Shown piece by piece: positions 10,966-19,785 of a stretch of 56,803 bases of DNA (position 1 is its first letter; every line of letters starts with the position of its first letter). The notes below the pieces were generated by a model. It was not told where the DNA came from, did no database searches, and saw only the letters and a program-made list of their open reading frames with translations. The stretch covers positions 1 through 56,803 of the forward strand of contig JAZUKE010000140.1 in NCBI GenBank assembly GCA_045643125.1. Direction: 5' to 3'. A program made the translations under genes and the position numbers. The DNA is from Eubacteriales bacterium. GTDB taxonomy: Bacteria > Bacillota > Clostridia > Oscillospirales > CAG-382.

Positions 10966-12399
10966 TCAATTTTCAGTTTCTTCCGAAAGCTCCTCCGACA
11001 TTTCTTCCGCGGACGATTCTTCGTTTTGCGTTTCTTCGGGCTTGTTGAGTTTGTTGAAAAACGTCCAGCCGTTTTCTTCGTCGTAAGCGGCGATGACACC
11101 GCCGGAACAGTTCAGTATCTTATCAAAAACCGGTTTCAGCACATAGCTGCCCCCGGTGTCGATGACACCGTATTTGCCGTTCTGCGTTCCGACGACCGCA
11201 AGACCTTCGAGGAAAGGAGCCGCGTCGACGTACATCGGATCGGTTATCCAGTTGAGCGACGTGTTGGCGTAGCCGAATACGCCGTCCTTTTCGAGGAGCA
11301 TAATACCGTCCGAATAGGCTTTTATTTCAAAGTCCGGCATACGTTTGAGCAGTTTTCCGAGCGGATCAATGAGACGTTCTTCAAACGTGCCGTCATCGAG
11401 CTTGTTTCTGACTCTCGAATATCCGTCGCAGAAATAGAAATATCCGATAGAGTCAAGGCTTCTGTCCTCAGGCGGATAGAATCCGGTGGCGACGGTGTTG
11501 TCCGCTTCGCCCTGACGGGGCCCGACCTGTATACGGTTGAATTTGGTACCGTAAAATTCAATATACTGCACGGAATTGCGCGTTTTCAGCACCGCTCCCG
11601 TTCCCTTTGCTTCGCCGTTTTCGACGAACGGATAGAACGCGAAAACCTCTTCAAAATCGTAGTAACAGTAAGTCCATTCCTGCTCGGTGCCGACGAATGC
11701 GCGGTAGCCGTATTTGCCGATCGACTTGCTGTAAACGCGCTTTGCGTCGTGCGTCTGTTCGCAGAGATAGGAGGGGACGTCAAAATCGAATCCGAGCTTG
11801 TCGAGGTGTTCGTCGAAGTCGGTCGGGATCAGCTCGTCGTTTTCGTTTACGAAGAACATTTCGCCCGTTTCTTCGTTTTTGAAGATGGGCTTCATTTCGC
11901 TGTCACGAAGTCCCGTGAAGGTGAGAGACGAAACGGTATCGGTTATTTCGCGGAAAGACGGATCGAAAACACGTCCGTCGGGAAGGAACGTAAATCCCAT
12001 TCTGACGTTCACGTCGTCTTTGCCGAGGGATTTAACGTCGGGCTGAACGTCGTTGATGACAATGATCTGATTTTCTCCGTCGTATCTGTTTTCGTTGATA
12101 TCGGTATTCTCGCCGCTCACGACCTTGGTGAAAGATTCGAGATAATCGTTTGCTTCCCGTGAAGCACTGACTTCCTCCGATTCTTCATAAGAAGCATCGC
12201 TTTCTTCCGCAGAGGAAGATCCCGGTTCGGAGACGTCTTCAACGCTTTCGTCCGGTGCTATCATACTGTAATCGCCGTCGTTTTCGGGAAGCATCGGCAG
12301 CGAGCGCGACGAAGCAAGATATATTATCCCCACCGTGATGCCGCACATCAGTACGAGCGCGATAAGGCGGGAGCCTATTTTCAAAAGCCATTTGAGCAT
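10966..12399 (-). CDS. Membrane-anchored WG-repeat protein
   Basis: N-terminal hydrophobic helix, acidic S/E linker, repeats FGYANTSLNWITDPMY and FLEGLAVV..KYGVIDTGG..VLKPVFD; start 12399 with AAAGGA RBS. Confidence 0.75.
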   Translation of the reverse strand: MLKWLLKIGSRLIALVLMCGITVGIIYLASSRSLPMLPENDGDYSMIAPDESVEDVSEPGSSSAEESDASYEESEEVSASREANDYLESFTKVVSGENTDINENRYDGENQIIVINDVQPDVKSLGKDDVNVRMGFTFLPDGRVFDPSFREITDTVSSLTFTGLRDSEMKPIFKNEETGEMFFVNENDELIPTDFDEHLDKLGFDFDVPSYLCEQTHDAKRVYSKSIGKYGYRAFVGTEQEWTYCYYDFEEVFAFYPFVENGEAKGTGAVLKTRNSVQYIEFYGTKFNRIQVGPRQGEADNTVATGFYPPEDRSLDSIGYFYFCDGYSRVRNKLDDGTFEERLIDPLGKLLKRMPDFEIKAYSDGIMLLEKDGVFGYANTSLNWITDPMYVDAAPFLEGLAVVGTQNGKYGVIDTGGSYVLKPVFDKILNCSGGVIAAYDEENGWTFFNKLNKPEETQNEESSAEEMSEELSEETEN

Positions 12400-12514
12400 A
12401 TATGTCTTTCCTTTCGCCGCAATCAAGAATTACAATAAGATAATAACACATTATTTTTGCTATATCAATAGAATAAATGTTAATAAAATCAATAAAAATA
12501 ATCTTGAAAAACTA

Positions 12515-12543
12515 TTTACAAACCGAAAAAAACGTGATATAAT
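12515..12543 (+). promoter_or_regulatory. Sigma-A promoter of rpsO
   Basis: TTTACA-17 nt-TATAAT with extended TG. Confidence 0.8.
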
Positions 12544-12549
12544 ACGAAA

Positions 12550-12614
12550 CGGTGCGCAAGTACCGGGGGTATCACTCAGTCGTTCGGTCCTCCGCCGTCG
12601 GCTTAGTCTTACCG
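12550..12614 (+). ncRNA. Putative S15 autoregulatory leader
   Basis: Between promoter and rpsO; can fold CGGT/ACCG and AAG/CTT closing helix, TACC/GGTA hairpin and ACTCAGTCG/CGGCTTAGT helix, i.e. a three-way junction. Confidence 0.55.
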
Positions 12615-12642
12615 CAAAATATTTATTATGGAGGGAAAGCAA

Positions 12643-12909
12643 ATGCTTACAGCCGAGATCAAAAAACAGATCATTGAAGAGTACGCCATCCGCGAAGGTG
12701 ACACGGGTTCGCCCGAGGTTCAGATCGCCATCCTTACTTACAGGATCAACGAACTTACCGAACACCTCAAACGCAACCCCAAGGATAACCATTCCCGCAG
12801 AGGTATGCTTCAGATGGTAAGCAAGAGAAGACAGTTCCTTGCTTATCTGACCAAAGTTGATATCGAACGTTACCGTTCCATCATCGACCGTCTCAAGATC
12901 AGAAAGTGA
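12643..12909 (+). CDS. rpsO: 30S ribosomal protein S15
   Basis: [19 protein letters not shown]...KDNHSRRG; RBS GGAGG before ATG 12643. Confidence 0.98.
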   Translation: MLTAEIKKQIIEEYAIREGDTGSPEVQIAILTYRINELTEHLKRNPKDNHSRRGMLQMVSKRRQFLAYLTKVDIERYRSIIDRLKIRK

Positions 12910-12911
12910 TC

Positions 12912-12994
12912 GGAAAAGGGCTGCTGCAAAACGGAATTGCCGCATAAGAATGATTTTTTGTCGGCAGCGCGCCGGACAGCAGCCCTGCTTTTCG
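12912..12994 (+). terminator. Long hairpin/terminator after rpsO
   Basis: AGGGCTGCTG pairs with CAGCAGCCCT, extended by GAAAA/TTTTC. Confidence 0.5.
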
Positions 12995-13006
12995 TACCCA
13001 AGTCAT

Positions 13007-13089
13007 CGGGGAAGAGCGGTTTAGCAGTTAAATATGGCGTAAAAAGAGCTTTACGGCGTATTTAAGTGTTAAACTGTACTTCTTCCTCG
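13007..13089 (+). promoter_or_regulatory. Long imperfect stem-loop in pnp 5' UTR (candidate RNase III site)
   Basis: CGGGGAAGA/TCTTCCTCG, CGGTTTAGCA/TGTTAAACTG, TTAAATA/TATTTAA and CGTAAA/TTTACG nested pairings. Confidence 0.6.
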
Positions 13090-13126
13090 TGTAAAAATAA
13101 AAGAAAACAGAAAGGAAGAAACAAAA

Positions 13127-15226
13127 ATGTTTGAAAACGCAAGATCATTCAAGTACACTCTTGCCGGACGTCCTTTGATAATCGAAACGGGCAAGCTCAG
13201 CCAGCTTTCCAACGGTTCGTGCCTCGTTCGTTACGGCGACACAGTCATCCTCGCAAACGCAACGGCTTCAGCCGCTCCGCGTGACGGAATAGACTTTCTC
13301 CCTCTTTCCGTCGATTTTGAAGAACGCCTTTACGCAGTAGGCAAGATCCCCGGCAGCTTCCTCAAAAGAGAAGGCCGCCCCAGTGAAAAAGCCATACTCG
13401 CAAGCCGTGTCATCGACAGACCTATCCGTCCTCTCTTCCCCAAGGATCTGAGAAACGACGTAGTCCTTTCCCTTATGGTTATGTCCGTTGACCCCGATAA
13501 CTCTCCCGAGATCGCCGCTATGATCGGCGCATCCATCGCCCTTTCCATTTCCGATATTCCCTGGAACGGACCTATCGGCGGCGTTTTCGTAGGTCTTGTT
13601 GACGGCAGGATCGTCATCAACCCCACCGCAGAACAGAGAGCAAAGTCCGATCTCGAACTTACCGTTGCCGCTTCCAAAGAAAAGGTCGTTATGATCGAAG
13701 CAGGCGCCAAGGAAGTTGACGACGACACGATGTACGAAGCCATTATGAAGGCTCACGAAGAGATCAAACCTCTCGTTGACTTCATCAACTCCATCAAAGC
13801 CGAAATCGGCAAACCCAAGTTCGACTATCCTTCCTGCGAGATCGACCACGATATGTTCGACAAGATCGAAGCTCTCGTAGGCGAAGAAGTCAAAGTGGCT
13901 CTCGACACCGACGACAAGAAGATCCGCGATGCCAACCTCAAACCCATTTACGACAAAGTATTTGCTGCTCTTGAAGAAGAATATCCCGATTCCGCTCTTC
14001 AGATCAACGAATGTATGTATAAACTCCAGAAGAAGATCGTCCGCACCTGGCTCAAGGAAGACAGACGCAGAGTTGACGGCAGAAAGATGGACGAGATCCG
14101 TCCTCTCGCTGCAGAAGTCGGTCTTCTTCCCAGAACTCACGGCTCCGCAGTGTTCACCAGAGGTCAGACTCAGGTCGTCACCGTTGCCACCCTCGCTGCC
14201 CTTCGTGAAGCTCAGCTTCTTGACGGCATAGATCAGGAAGAAACCAAGAGATATATGCACCACTACAATATGCCCGGCTACTCCGTAGGCGAAGCCAAGG
14301 CAGTCCGTTCTCCCGGCAGACGTGAGATCGGTCACGGCGCACTCGCAGAACGCGCTCTTGAACCCGTCGTTCCCTCCGAAGCAGAATTCCCGTACGCGAT
14401 CCGTCTCGTTTCCGAAGTGGTTTCCTCCAACGGTTCCACCTCCCAGGCTTCCGTATGCGGCTCTACTCTCGCTCTTATGGACGCAGGCGCTCCCATTTCC
14501 GCTCCCGATGCAGGTATCTCCTGCGGTCTTATCACCGACGACGACGGAACTTGGGCTACTATGATAGATATTCAGGGACTTGAAGACTTCTTCGGCGATA
14601 TGGACTTCAAGGTCGCAGGTACCAAAAAAGGTATCACCGCGATACAGATGGACCTTAAGATCGACGGTCTTACCCCCGAGATCATCAAGAACGCTTTTGA
14701 AGTTACCAAAAAAGGTCGTTTCTATATCATAGATAACGTCATCCTCCCCTGCATCTCCGAGCCGAGACATGACGTTTCCGAATACGCTCCCAAGATGATC
14801 TCCACCAGGATCGATCCCGAAAAGATCAGCGAAGTCATCGGCAAGGGCGGCAAAGTTATCCAGAAGATCTGTGCCGACACCGGCGCTCAGATCGACATCG
14901 AAGACGACGGCAGCGTGTTCATCGCCGCTGTTGACAAGAACAACGCCTACAAGGCTCTCGACATCATCAACGCCATCGTTATGGATCCCGAACCCGGCGC
15001 TATCTACACCGGCAAAGTCACGGGCATCATCCCCATCGGCTGCTTCGTAGAATACGCTCCCGGCAAAGAAGGACTCGTTCACATCTCCAAGCTCGACAAG
15101 AAGCGTGTTGAAAAAGTCGAAGACGTCGTTGCCATCGGCGACACCGTAAAGGTTATGGTCCTCGGTGTTGACAACAAGGGCAGGATCAATCTTTCGAGAA
15201 AAGACGCACTTGAAGTTTACGAATAA
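13127..15226 (+). CDS. pnp: Polyribonucleotide nucleotidyltransferase
   Basis: Two RNase PH domains (RREIGHGALAERAL, SNGSTSQAS, GDMDFKVAGT), KH (VIGKGGKVI) and S1 domains. Confidence 0.98.
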   Translation: MFENARSFKYTLAGRPLIIETGKLSQLSNGSCLVRYGDTVILANATASAAPRDGIDFLPLSVDFEERLYAVGKIPGSFLKREGRPSEKAILASRVIDRPIRPLFPKDLRNDVVLSLMVMSVDPDNSPEIAAMIGASIALSISDIPWNGPIGGVFVGLVDGRIVINPTAEQRAKSDLELTVAASKEKVVMIEAGAKEVDDDTMYEAIMKAHEEIKPLVDFINSIKAEIGKPKFDYPSCEIDHDMFDKIEALVGEEVKVALDTDDKKIRDANLKPIYDKVFAALEEEYPDSALQINECMYKLQKKIVRTWLKEDRRRVDGRKMDEIRPLAAEVGLLPRTHGSAVFTRGQTQVVTVATLAALREAQLLDGIDQEETKRYMHHYNMPGYSVGEAKAVRSPGRREIGHGALAERALEPVVPSEAEFPYAIRLVSEVVSSNGSTSQASVCGSTLALMDAGAPISAPDAGISCGLITDDDGTWATMIDIQGLEDFFGDMDFKVAGTKKGITAIQMDLKIDGLTPEIIKNAFEVTKKGRFYIIDNVILPCISEPRHDVSEYAPKMISTRIDPEKISEVIGKGGKVIQKICADTGAQIDIEDDGSVFIAAVDKNNAYKALDIINAIVMDPEPGAIYTGKVTGIIPIGCFVEYAPGKEGLVHISKLDKKRVEKVEDVVAIGDTVKVMVLGVDNKGRINLSRKDALEVYE

Positions 15227-15243
15227 TTAAGGCATATAAAAAA

Positions 15244-15556
15244 GGCGCTGTAAAAAAAGCAGTGTCAAAAGTACAAGACTCGTCGGAAAAGGCGAGTCTT
15301 GTGCTTTTAGATACACACACAATGTGAATAACATCAAAAGTCAGAAAAAGCGGCAAAGCAAAAAGACCGTATGAATTTTTCTTCAAAAACGGCAATTTTT
15401 CCAAAATCTACTGGTAATTTGATTTGATATGGTGTATAATACATCCGTTGGTTGTGATTCTGTTTCATCAACTCAATTATACCACAAAAAGAAGACTATG
15501 TCATCCTTTTTTTCGGATTTCACAGTCTCTCTTTTTTGGACCTTTTTTACAGCCCC
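15244..15556. mobile_element. MITE-like non-autonomous IS element, copy A
   Basis: Terminal inverted repeats GGCGCTGTAAAAAA and TTTTTTACAGCCCC; first ~150 bp nearly identical to 16978-17127; internal 16-bp stem hairpin at 15267-15308; no transposase. Confidence 0.75.
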
Positions 15557-15579
15557 CCTAATATAATGTTACAGTGTAC

Positions 15580-16854
15580 CTACAATTCGAATACCTTTAA
15601 CCCCGCCGGGACATACCCTACGTCGTCCGCGCGGAAGTCTTTATTTAGATATTTTGCCGCAAACGGCGTAAACTCTTCGCCGCCGGAAAACGGCAGCCAA
15701 CGCTCGCAGGGGATAAAGCCATCGTCGATAAGCGTATTCATAACGTAAATGTAAAACGCTTTTTCGGCATACTTGTATTCGGGGATCGTGTAGATCGTAA
15801 TACAGTCGCTGATCTTTACGCCCGGGAATTCCATAGGCGACGTTCTTGCGACAGAGACAAGCCTTTCTCCGCGGAACATGCCCAAAGGTCTGTCGTTCGG
15901 GCGTTTTTCGAATGGCCGCGCGATTGTTTCTTTCAAGCCCCAATCCCAGTTGCCGTTCATAGGTTTATCCGACACGTCAAGCATTTCTTTACCGAAAGCC
16001 GCCGCCCATTTGTCTATGACTACTTCATCGCCTTTTTGCAGGTATCTGAATTCAAATCCAGCCGCTTCCGGCGGAAGCGGCTGCTTTTCGCCTATAAATA
16101 TCGCATAGTTTCGGTAGGATTTCAATTCCCGCGAGTTATCGCGGCACAGATCGCCGAGCGCAGCGCGGAAATCCGGTTCGCTTATATCTTTTTCAAATAT
16201 CACGCGGATAAAATGCGGTTCGAGCTTTTGTAGTTTATTCACTGTTTTGTAAAGTACCGAAGTGTCTTTCAGGAGCAAATACACAAACGGGCCGAATCGC
16301 TTGAAATTCTTTGTTATCCCTACCAAAACGCCGTCGGCTTCGCTGCAAAAGAACCGCATTCCGTCAAATGCTGACTCGCACACCCATAGCGCATATTTTC
16401 TCAGGTCTTTCATCAAAAGCTCACCTGCTGTTATCGAAATATCCGCCGGGCGAAACTCCGGAAAGTCATCAATAAAACGCTTTTCTAACGTAGCACTGAA
16501 TTCGTCGTCGGCGAACTTCCAAAGTTGTTTGCTCTTGTTTTCACGGAACTCGCTCGGAGTCAAGTCGAACTGCGCTTTAAAAGCGCGGGTGAACCCGTCG
16601 TGTGAGCCGTATCCGCAGTCGAGCGCGATACTCAAAATATCATCATCGGTCATACGGAGCTTATACGCCGCGTCGTGCAGAGCGCGGAAGCGTACGTATT
16701 CCATCACGTTGAACCCTGTGCGTTCAAAGAATATCTTGTTGAAATAGTCTATTGAAAACCCTGCGTTCAGCGCGACGTCTTCGACCGTCAATCCGACGTT
16801 TCGACGGCTGTCGATATATTCGACCGCTTTGTCTATTATCTCTTTGTTCGTCAT
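15580..16854 (-). CDS. AraC-family regulator (N-terminal HTH) with C-terminal GNAT-like region
   Basis: LTVEDVA..AGFSIDYF...F...TG, ILSIALDCGYGSHDGFTRAFKAQFDLTPSEFR; true start ATG 16854 with AAGGAGGA RBS (the ORF-track extension runs through the repeat). Confidence 0.85.
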   Translation of the reverse strand: MTNKEIIDKAVEYIDSRRNVGLTVEDVALNAGFSIDYFNKIFFERTGFNVMEYVRFRALHDAAYKLRMTDDDILSIALDCGYGSHDGFTRAFKAQFDLTPSEFRENKSKQLWKFADDEFSATLEKRFIDDFPEFRPADISITAGELLMKDLRKYALWVCESAFDGMRFFCSEADGVLVGITKNFKRFGPFVYLLLKDTSVLYKTVNKLQKLEPHFIRVIFEKDISEPDFRAALGDLCRDNSRELKSYRNYAIFIGEKQPLPPEAAGFEFRYLQKGDEVVIDKWAAAFGKEMLDVSDKPMNGNWDWGLKETIARPFEKRPNDRPLGMFRGERLVSVARTSPMEFPGVKISDCITIYTIPEYKYAEKAFYIYVMNTLIDDGFIPCERWLPFSGGEEFTPFAAKYLNKDFRADDVGYVPAGLKVFEL

Positions 16855-16977
16855 AACTGTTCCTCCTTGTAATCGGTAGGCATGCCGGCGGTGCCCTTTG
16901 ACTATATAATAGCACAACAAAGAAGGATTGTCTCGACTTTTAGCGCGGTTTATAAAAACAATTATTGACAAGCAAAA

Positions 16978-17144
16978 GGCGCTGTAAAAAAAAGCAGTGT
17001 CAAAAGTACAAGACTCGTCGGAAAAGGCGAGTCTTGTACTTTTAGATACACACACAATGTGAATAACATCAAAAGTCAGAAAAAGCGGCAAAGCAAAAAA
17101 ACGTATGAATTTTTCTTCAAAAACGGCCATTTTTTTACAGCCCC
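16978..17144. mobile_element. MITE-like element, copy B (shorter form)
   Basis: Same termini GGCGCTGTAAAAAA and TTTTTTACAGCCCC; direct repeat of copy A lacking ~150 bp; perfect 16-bp stem at 17002-17043. Confidence 0.75.
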
Positions 17145-17181
17145 TTTTTTCATATTTATTGACATTTGCAAAGCAGTACAT

Positions 17182-17213
17182 AAAAAAGCCTCTCGGTTTT
17201 CCGAAAGGCTTTT
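17182..17213 (-). terminator. Intrinsic terminator of rplM-rpsI
   Basis: AAAAGCCT-CTCGG-TTTT-CCGA-AAGGCTTTT hairpin with T-run on minus strand. Confidence 0.8.
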
Positions 17214-17230
17214 GAAATATAGGCGTAAAC

Positions 17231-17635
17231 TTATCTCTTGGAGAACTGGCTTGCGCGGCGAGCTGCTTTGAGACCGTATTTCTTTCTTTCCTTCATACGA
17301 GGGTCACGGGTGAGAAGTCCCGCTTTTTTGAGGAGAGGACGATAATCGTCGCCTGCCTGAAGAAGAGCTCTTGCGATGCCGTGACGGATGGCGCCTGCCT
17401 GACCGGAGATGCCGCCGCCCTGAACGGAAGCGATAACGTCGAATTTTCCGATGGTGGAAGTAACTGCGAACGGCTGATTTACGACGAGCTTAAGGGTGTC
17501 GAGTCCGAAATATTCGTCAACGTCCTTTTTATTGACGGTGATAACGCCGGAGCCGGGAACGAGTCTGACTCTTGCGGTGGAAGATTTTCTTCTGCCGGTG
17601 CCGTAGAAATAGGGTTTTGAAGGTGTGTATGTCAT
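17231..17635 (-). CDS. rpsI: 30S ribosomal protein S9
   Basis: [38 protein letters not shown]...QFSKR. Confidence 0.98.
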   Translation of the reverse strand: MTYTPSKPYFYGTGRRKSSTARVRLVPGSGVITVNKKDVDEYFGLDTLKLVVNQPFAVTSTIGKFDVIASVQGGGISGQAGAIRHGIARALLQAGDDYRPLLKKAGLLTRDPRMKERKKYGLKAARRASQFSKR

Positions 17636-17648
17636 TGTTTCTTCCTCC

Positions 17649-18080
17649 TTACTTTACTTCGATCGCAATGGGCTGCTGAGCTTCCTGTTTGTGTTCAGCG
17701 CCTGCATAAACTTTGAGTCTGTTAAAGCTGGCTGCGCCGATCTTGTTCTTGGGGAGCATACCTTTAACAGCAAGTTCAACGACCATTTCGGGTTTGGAAG
17801 CCATAAGTGTGCGATACTTAACAGCTTTGAGTCCGCTTACATAGCCGGAATGATGATAATAGATCTTCTGATCAAGTTTTTTGCCGGTAAGAACGATCTT
17901 TTCGGCATTGACAACGATAACACATTCGCCGCAGTCAACGTTGGGTGTATATTCGGGGCGGTGTTTACCGTTGAGGATGGTGGCAGCTGCAACGGCTACT
18001 TTGCCGAGAGTCTTGCCGGCGGCGTCTATAACGTACCATTTACGTTCGATAGACTCTTTTTTTGCCATAAATGTAGACAT
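17649..18080 (-). CDS. rplM: 50S ribosomal protein L13
   Basis: [39 protein letters not shown]. Confidence 0.98.
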   Translation of the reverse strand: MSTFMAKKESIERKWYVIDAAGKTLGKVAVAAATILNGKHRPEYTPNVDCGECVIVVNAEKIVLTGKKLDQKIYYHHSGYVSGLKAVKYRTLMASKPEMVVELAVKGMLPKNKIGAASFNRLKVYAGAEHKQEAQQPIAIEVK

Positions 18081-18123
18081 AAAATGATTTCCTCCGTATT
18101 ACTTTCTTTTAACGTGCCTCGCT

Positions 18124-18151
18124 ATTATAACAGAAAAAAATCATTTGTCAA
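18124..18151 (-). promoter_or_regulatory. Sigma-A promoter of rplM
   Basis: TTGACA-16 nt-TATAAT with TG extension on minus strand. Confidence 0.8.
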
Positions 18152-18254
18152 TAGGTATTTTCAAAAATTTTTGTTTTTTATGCGATTTTCTTCGTTTTTC
18201 TCGTATTTCGTGCGTTTTTGTGATTTTCAAAATTACTTTTTTCAAAAAATCCTC

Positions 18255-18283
18255 TTGTAATATCGGTCACGATAATATATAAT
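18255..18283 (+). promoter_or_regulatory. Sigma-A promoter of ttcA-like gene
   Basis: TTGTAA-17 nt-TATAAT. Confidence 0.6.
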
Positions 18284-18308
18284 CTTTGCGTAAAGTGAGT
18301 TGAATGAT

Positions 18309-19067
18309 ATGAGAGAATTTCAGAATATACAAAAACTTCTGTCGCAGGTAAGACGCGCCGTAGACGGCTATGATATGATAAGCGAAAACGACGTCATCGC
18401 CGTCGGAGTCAGCGGCGGCAAAGACAGTATGACGCTGCTTTGCGTGCTGAAAGCGCTCAGCCGGTTTTATCCGGAGCATTTCACAGTCAAAGCGATAACG
18501 CTCGACACCGGCGTTCCCGGTCTTGACCTTGATCCGGTAAAAAGGCTTTGCGACGACATCGACGTTGAGCTTATCGTCCAGAAGACGGACATTTATCAGA
18601 TAGTTTTTGAGATACGCAAGGAGACGAACCCCTGCTCGCTGTGTGCAAATCTGCGCCGCGGTGCGCTCCACGACGCTGCCATTGCCAACGGAATGACAAA
18701 AATCGCGCTCGGGCATCACTACGACGACGTGATAGAAACTTTCTTTATGAACCTGTTCAACGAAGGACGGATAGGCTGCTTTTCGCCCGTCACCTACCTT
18801 GACCGCAAGGGCGTGACGCTCATACGTCCGCTCATCTACACGCCGGAAGCGGACATACGTCATTTCGTCAAGACGGAAAACATCGTCATTTCCCCTAAAT
18901 CGTGTCCCGCCGACGGGATAACCGACAGAGAAAAAACGAAAAACTTTGTAAGAGAGCTTGAAAGAAACGATCACGGCGTAAAAAAGCGCGTTTTCGGCGC
19001 TCTGGAGCGCGGAAACATATCTGGCTTCAAGGTCGTTCCGCACGAAAGACGCAAAAAAGGCGGCTGA
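18309..19067 (+). CDS. ttcA: TtcA-family tRNA 2-thiocytidine biosynthesis protein
   Basis: PP-loop SGGKDS, PCSLCANLRRG, LGHHYDD, IRPL, SCP; start is 18309 (ATG) or 18300 (TTG). Confidence 0.85.
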   Translation: MREFQNIQKLLSQVRRAVDGYDMISENDVIAVGVSGGKDSMTLLCVLKALSRFYPEHFTVKAITLDTGVPGLDLDPVKRLCDDIDVELIVQKTDIYQIVFEIRKETNPCSLCANLRRGALHDAAIANGMTKIALGHHYDDVIETFFMNLFNEGRIGCFSPVTYLDRKGVTLIRPLIYTPEADIRHFVKTENIVISPKSCPADGITDREKTKNFVRELERNDHGVKKRVFGALERGNISGFKVVPHERRKKGG

Positions 19068-19074
19068 AAGTGCT

Positions 19075-19785
19075 TCAGCTCAACTCGTTTTTGAGTTTTT
19101 CGAGTATTTTCTTTTCCTTTCTCGAAACCATCACCTGCGTCAGTCCGAGTCTTTCCCCCGTTTCTTTCTGTGACAGACAAAGATAATAACGGTAAACGAC
19201 TATTTCGCGTTCGGTCTTTTCAAGGGCTGAAAGCGACTGACGCAGCGATATTTTTTCGCATACATCTCCTATATTGTCCGTCCCCACAAGGTTTTCCATA
19301 GTCTTGTCGCCGTCGTCGTTCTGATACGAAAACGAAAGCACGGGAGTGGACGCTTCGATGGCACGCACCACCTCTTCGGCGTCAAGCCCGCTTTTTTCCG
19401 CAAGGTACGAAAGCGTCGGCTCCTCGCCGTTTTCTTTTATATACTCCTGCCTTGCGCGGTTTACGACTGCGGCGTCGCGCTTGAGCGTGCGCGACACCTT
19501 TATCGTGCCGTCGTCGCGCAGGTGCTTTTTTATTTCTCCGGTAATGAGCGGAAAAGCGTAGGTCGAAAACCGGTTCCCTGCCGAAACGTCGAAATTTCTG
19601 ACCGCCTTGACAAGCCCGATACTGCCTATCTGCACAAGGTCTTCAAACTCCGTACCTCTGCCGATAAAACGTTTTGCTATCGCTTTTACAAGTCCCATAT
19701 TTGCCGAAACCACCGTATCAAGCGCGTTTTTATCGCCGTTTTGGGCTTTTTTGAGTGTTTCGGCGTTGTTTGAAGCCAAGTCCAT
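19075..19785 (-). CDS. sigF: Forespore sigma factor F
   Basis: EDLVQIGSIGLVKAV..FD, RDDGTIKVSR, region 4 QKETGERLGLTQVMVSR; third gene of spoIIA operon. Confidence 0.9.
   Translation of the reverse strand: MDLASNNAETLKKAQNGDKNALDTVVSANMGLVKAIAKRFIGRGTEFEDLVQIGSIGLVKAVRNFDVSAGNRFSTYAFPLITGEIKKHLRDDGTIKVSRTLKRDAAVVNRARQEYIKENGEEPTLSYLAEKSGLDAEEVVRAIEASTPVLSFSYQNDDGDKTMENLVGTDNIGDVCEKISLRQSLSALEKTEREIVVYRYYLCLSQKETGERLGLTQVMVSRKEKKILEKLKNELS

Noticed and set aside
15244-17144. Possible CRISPR array or tandem repeat
   Set aside because: Only two long copies with terminal inverted repeats, no repeat-spacer periodicity and no cas genes
16855-17181. N-terminal extension of the AraC ORF, and the 72-aa ORF 15186-15404 with a matching peptide
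   Set aside because: Both are translations of the repeated non-coding element; the real start with strong RBS is 16854
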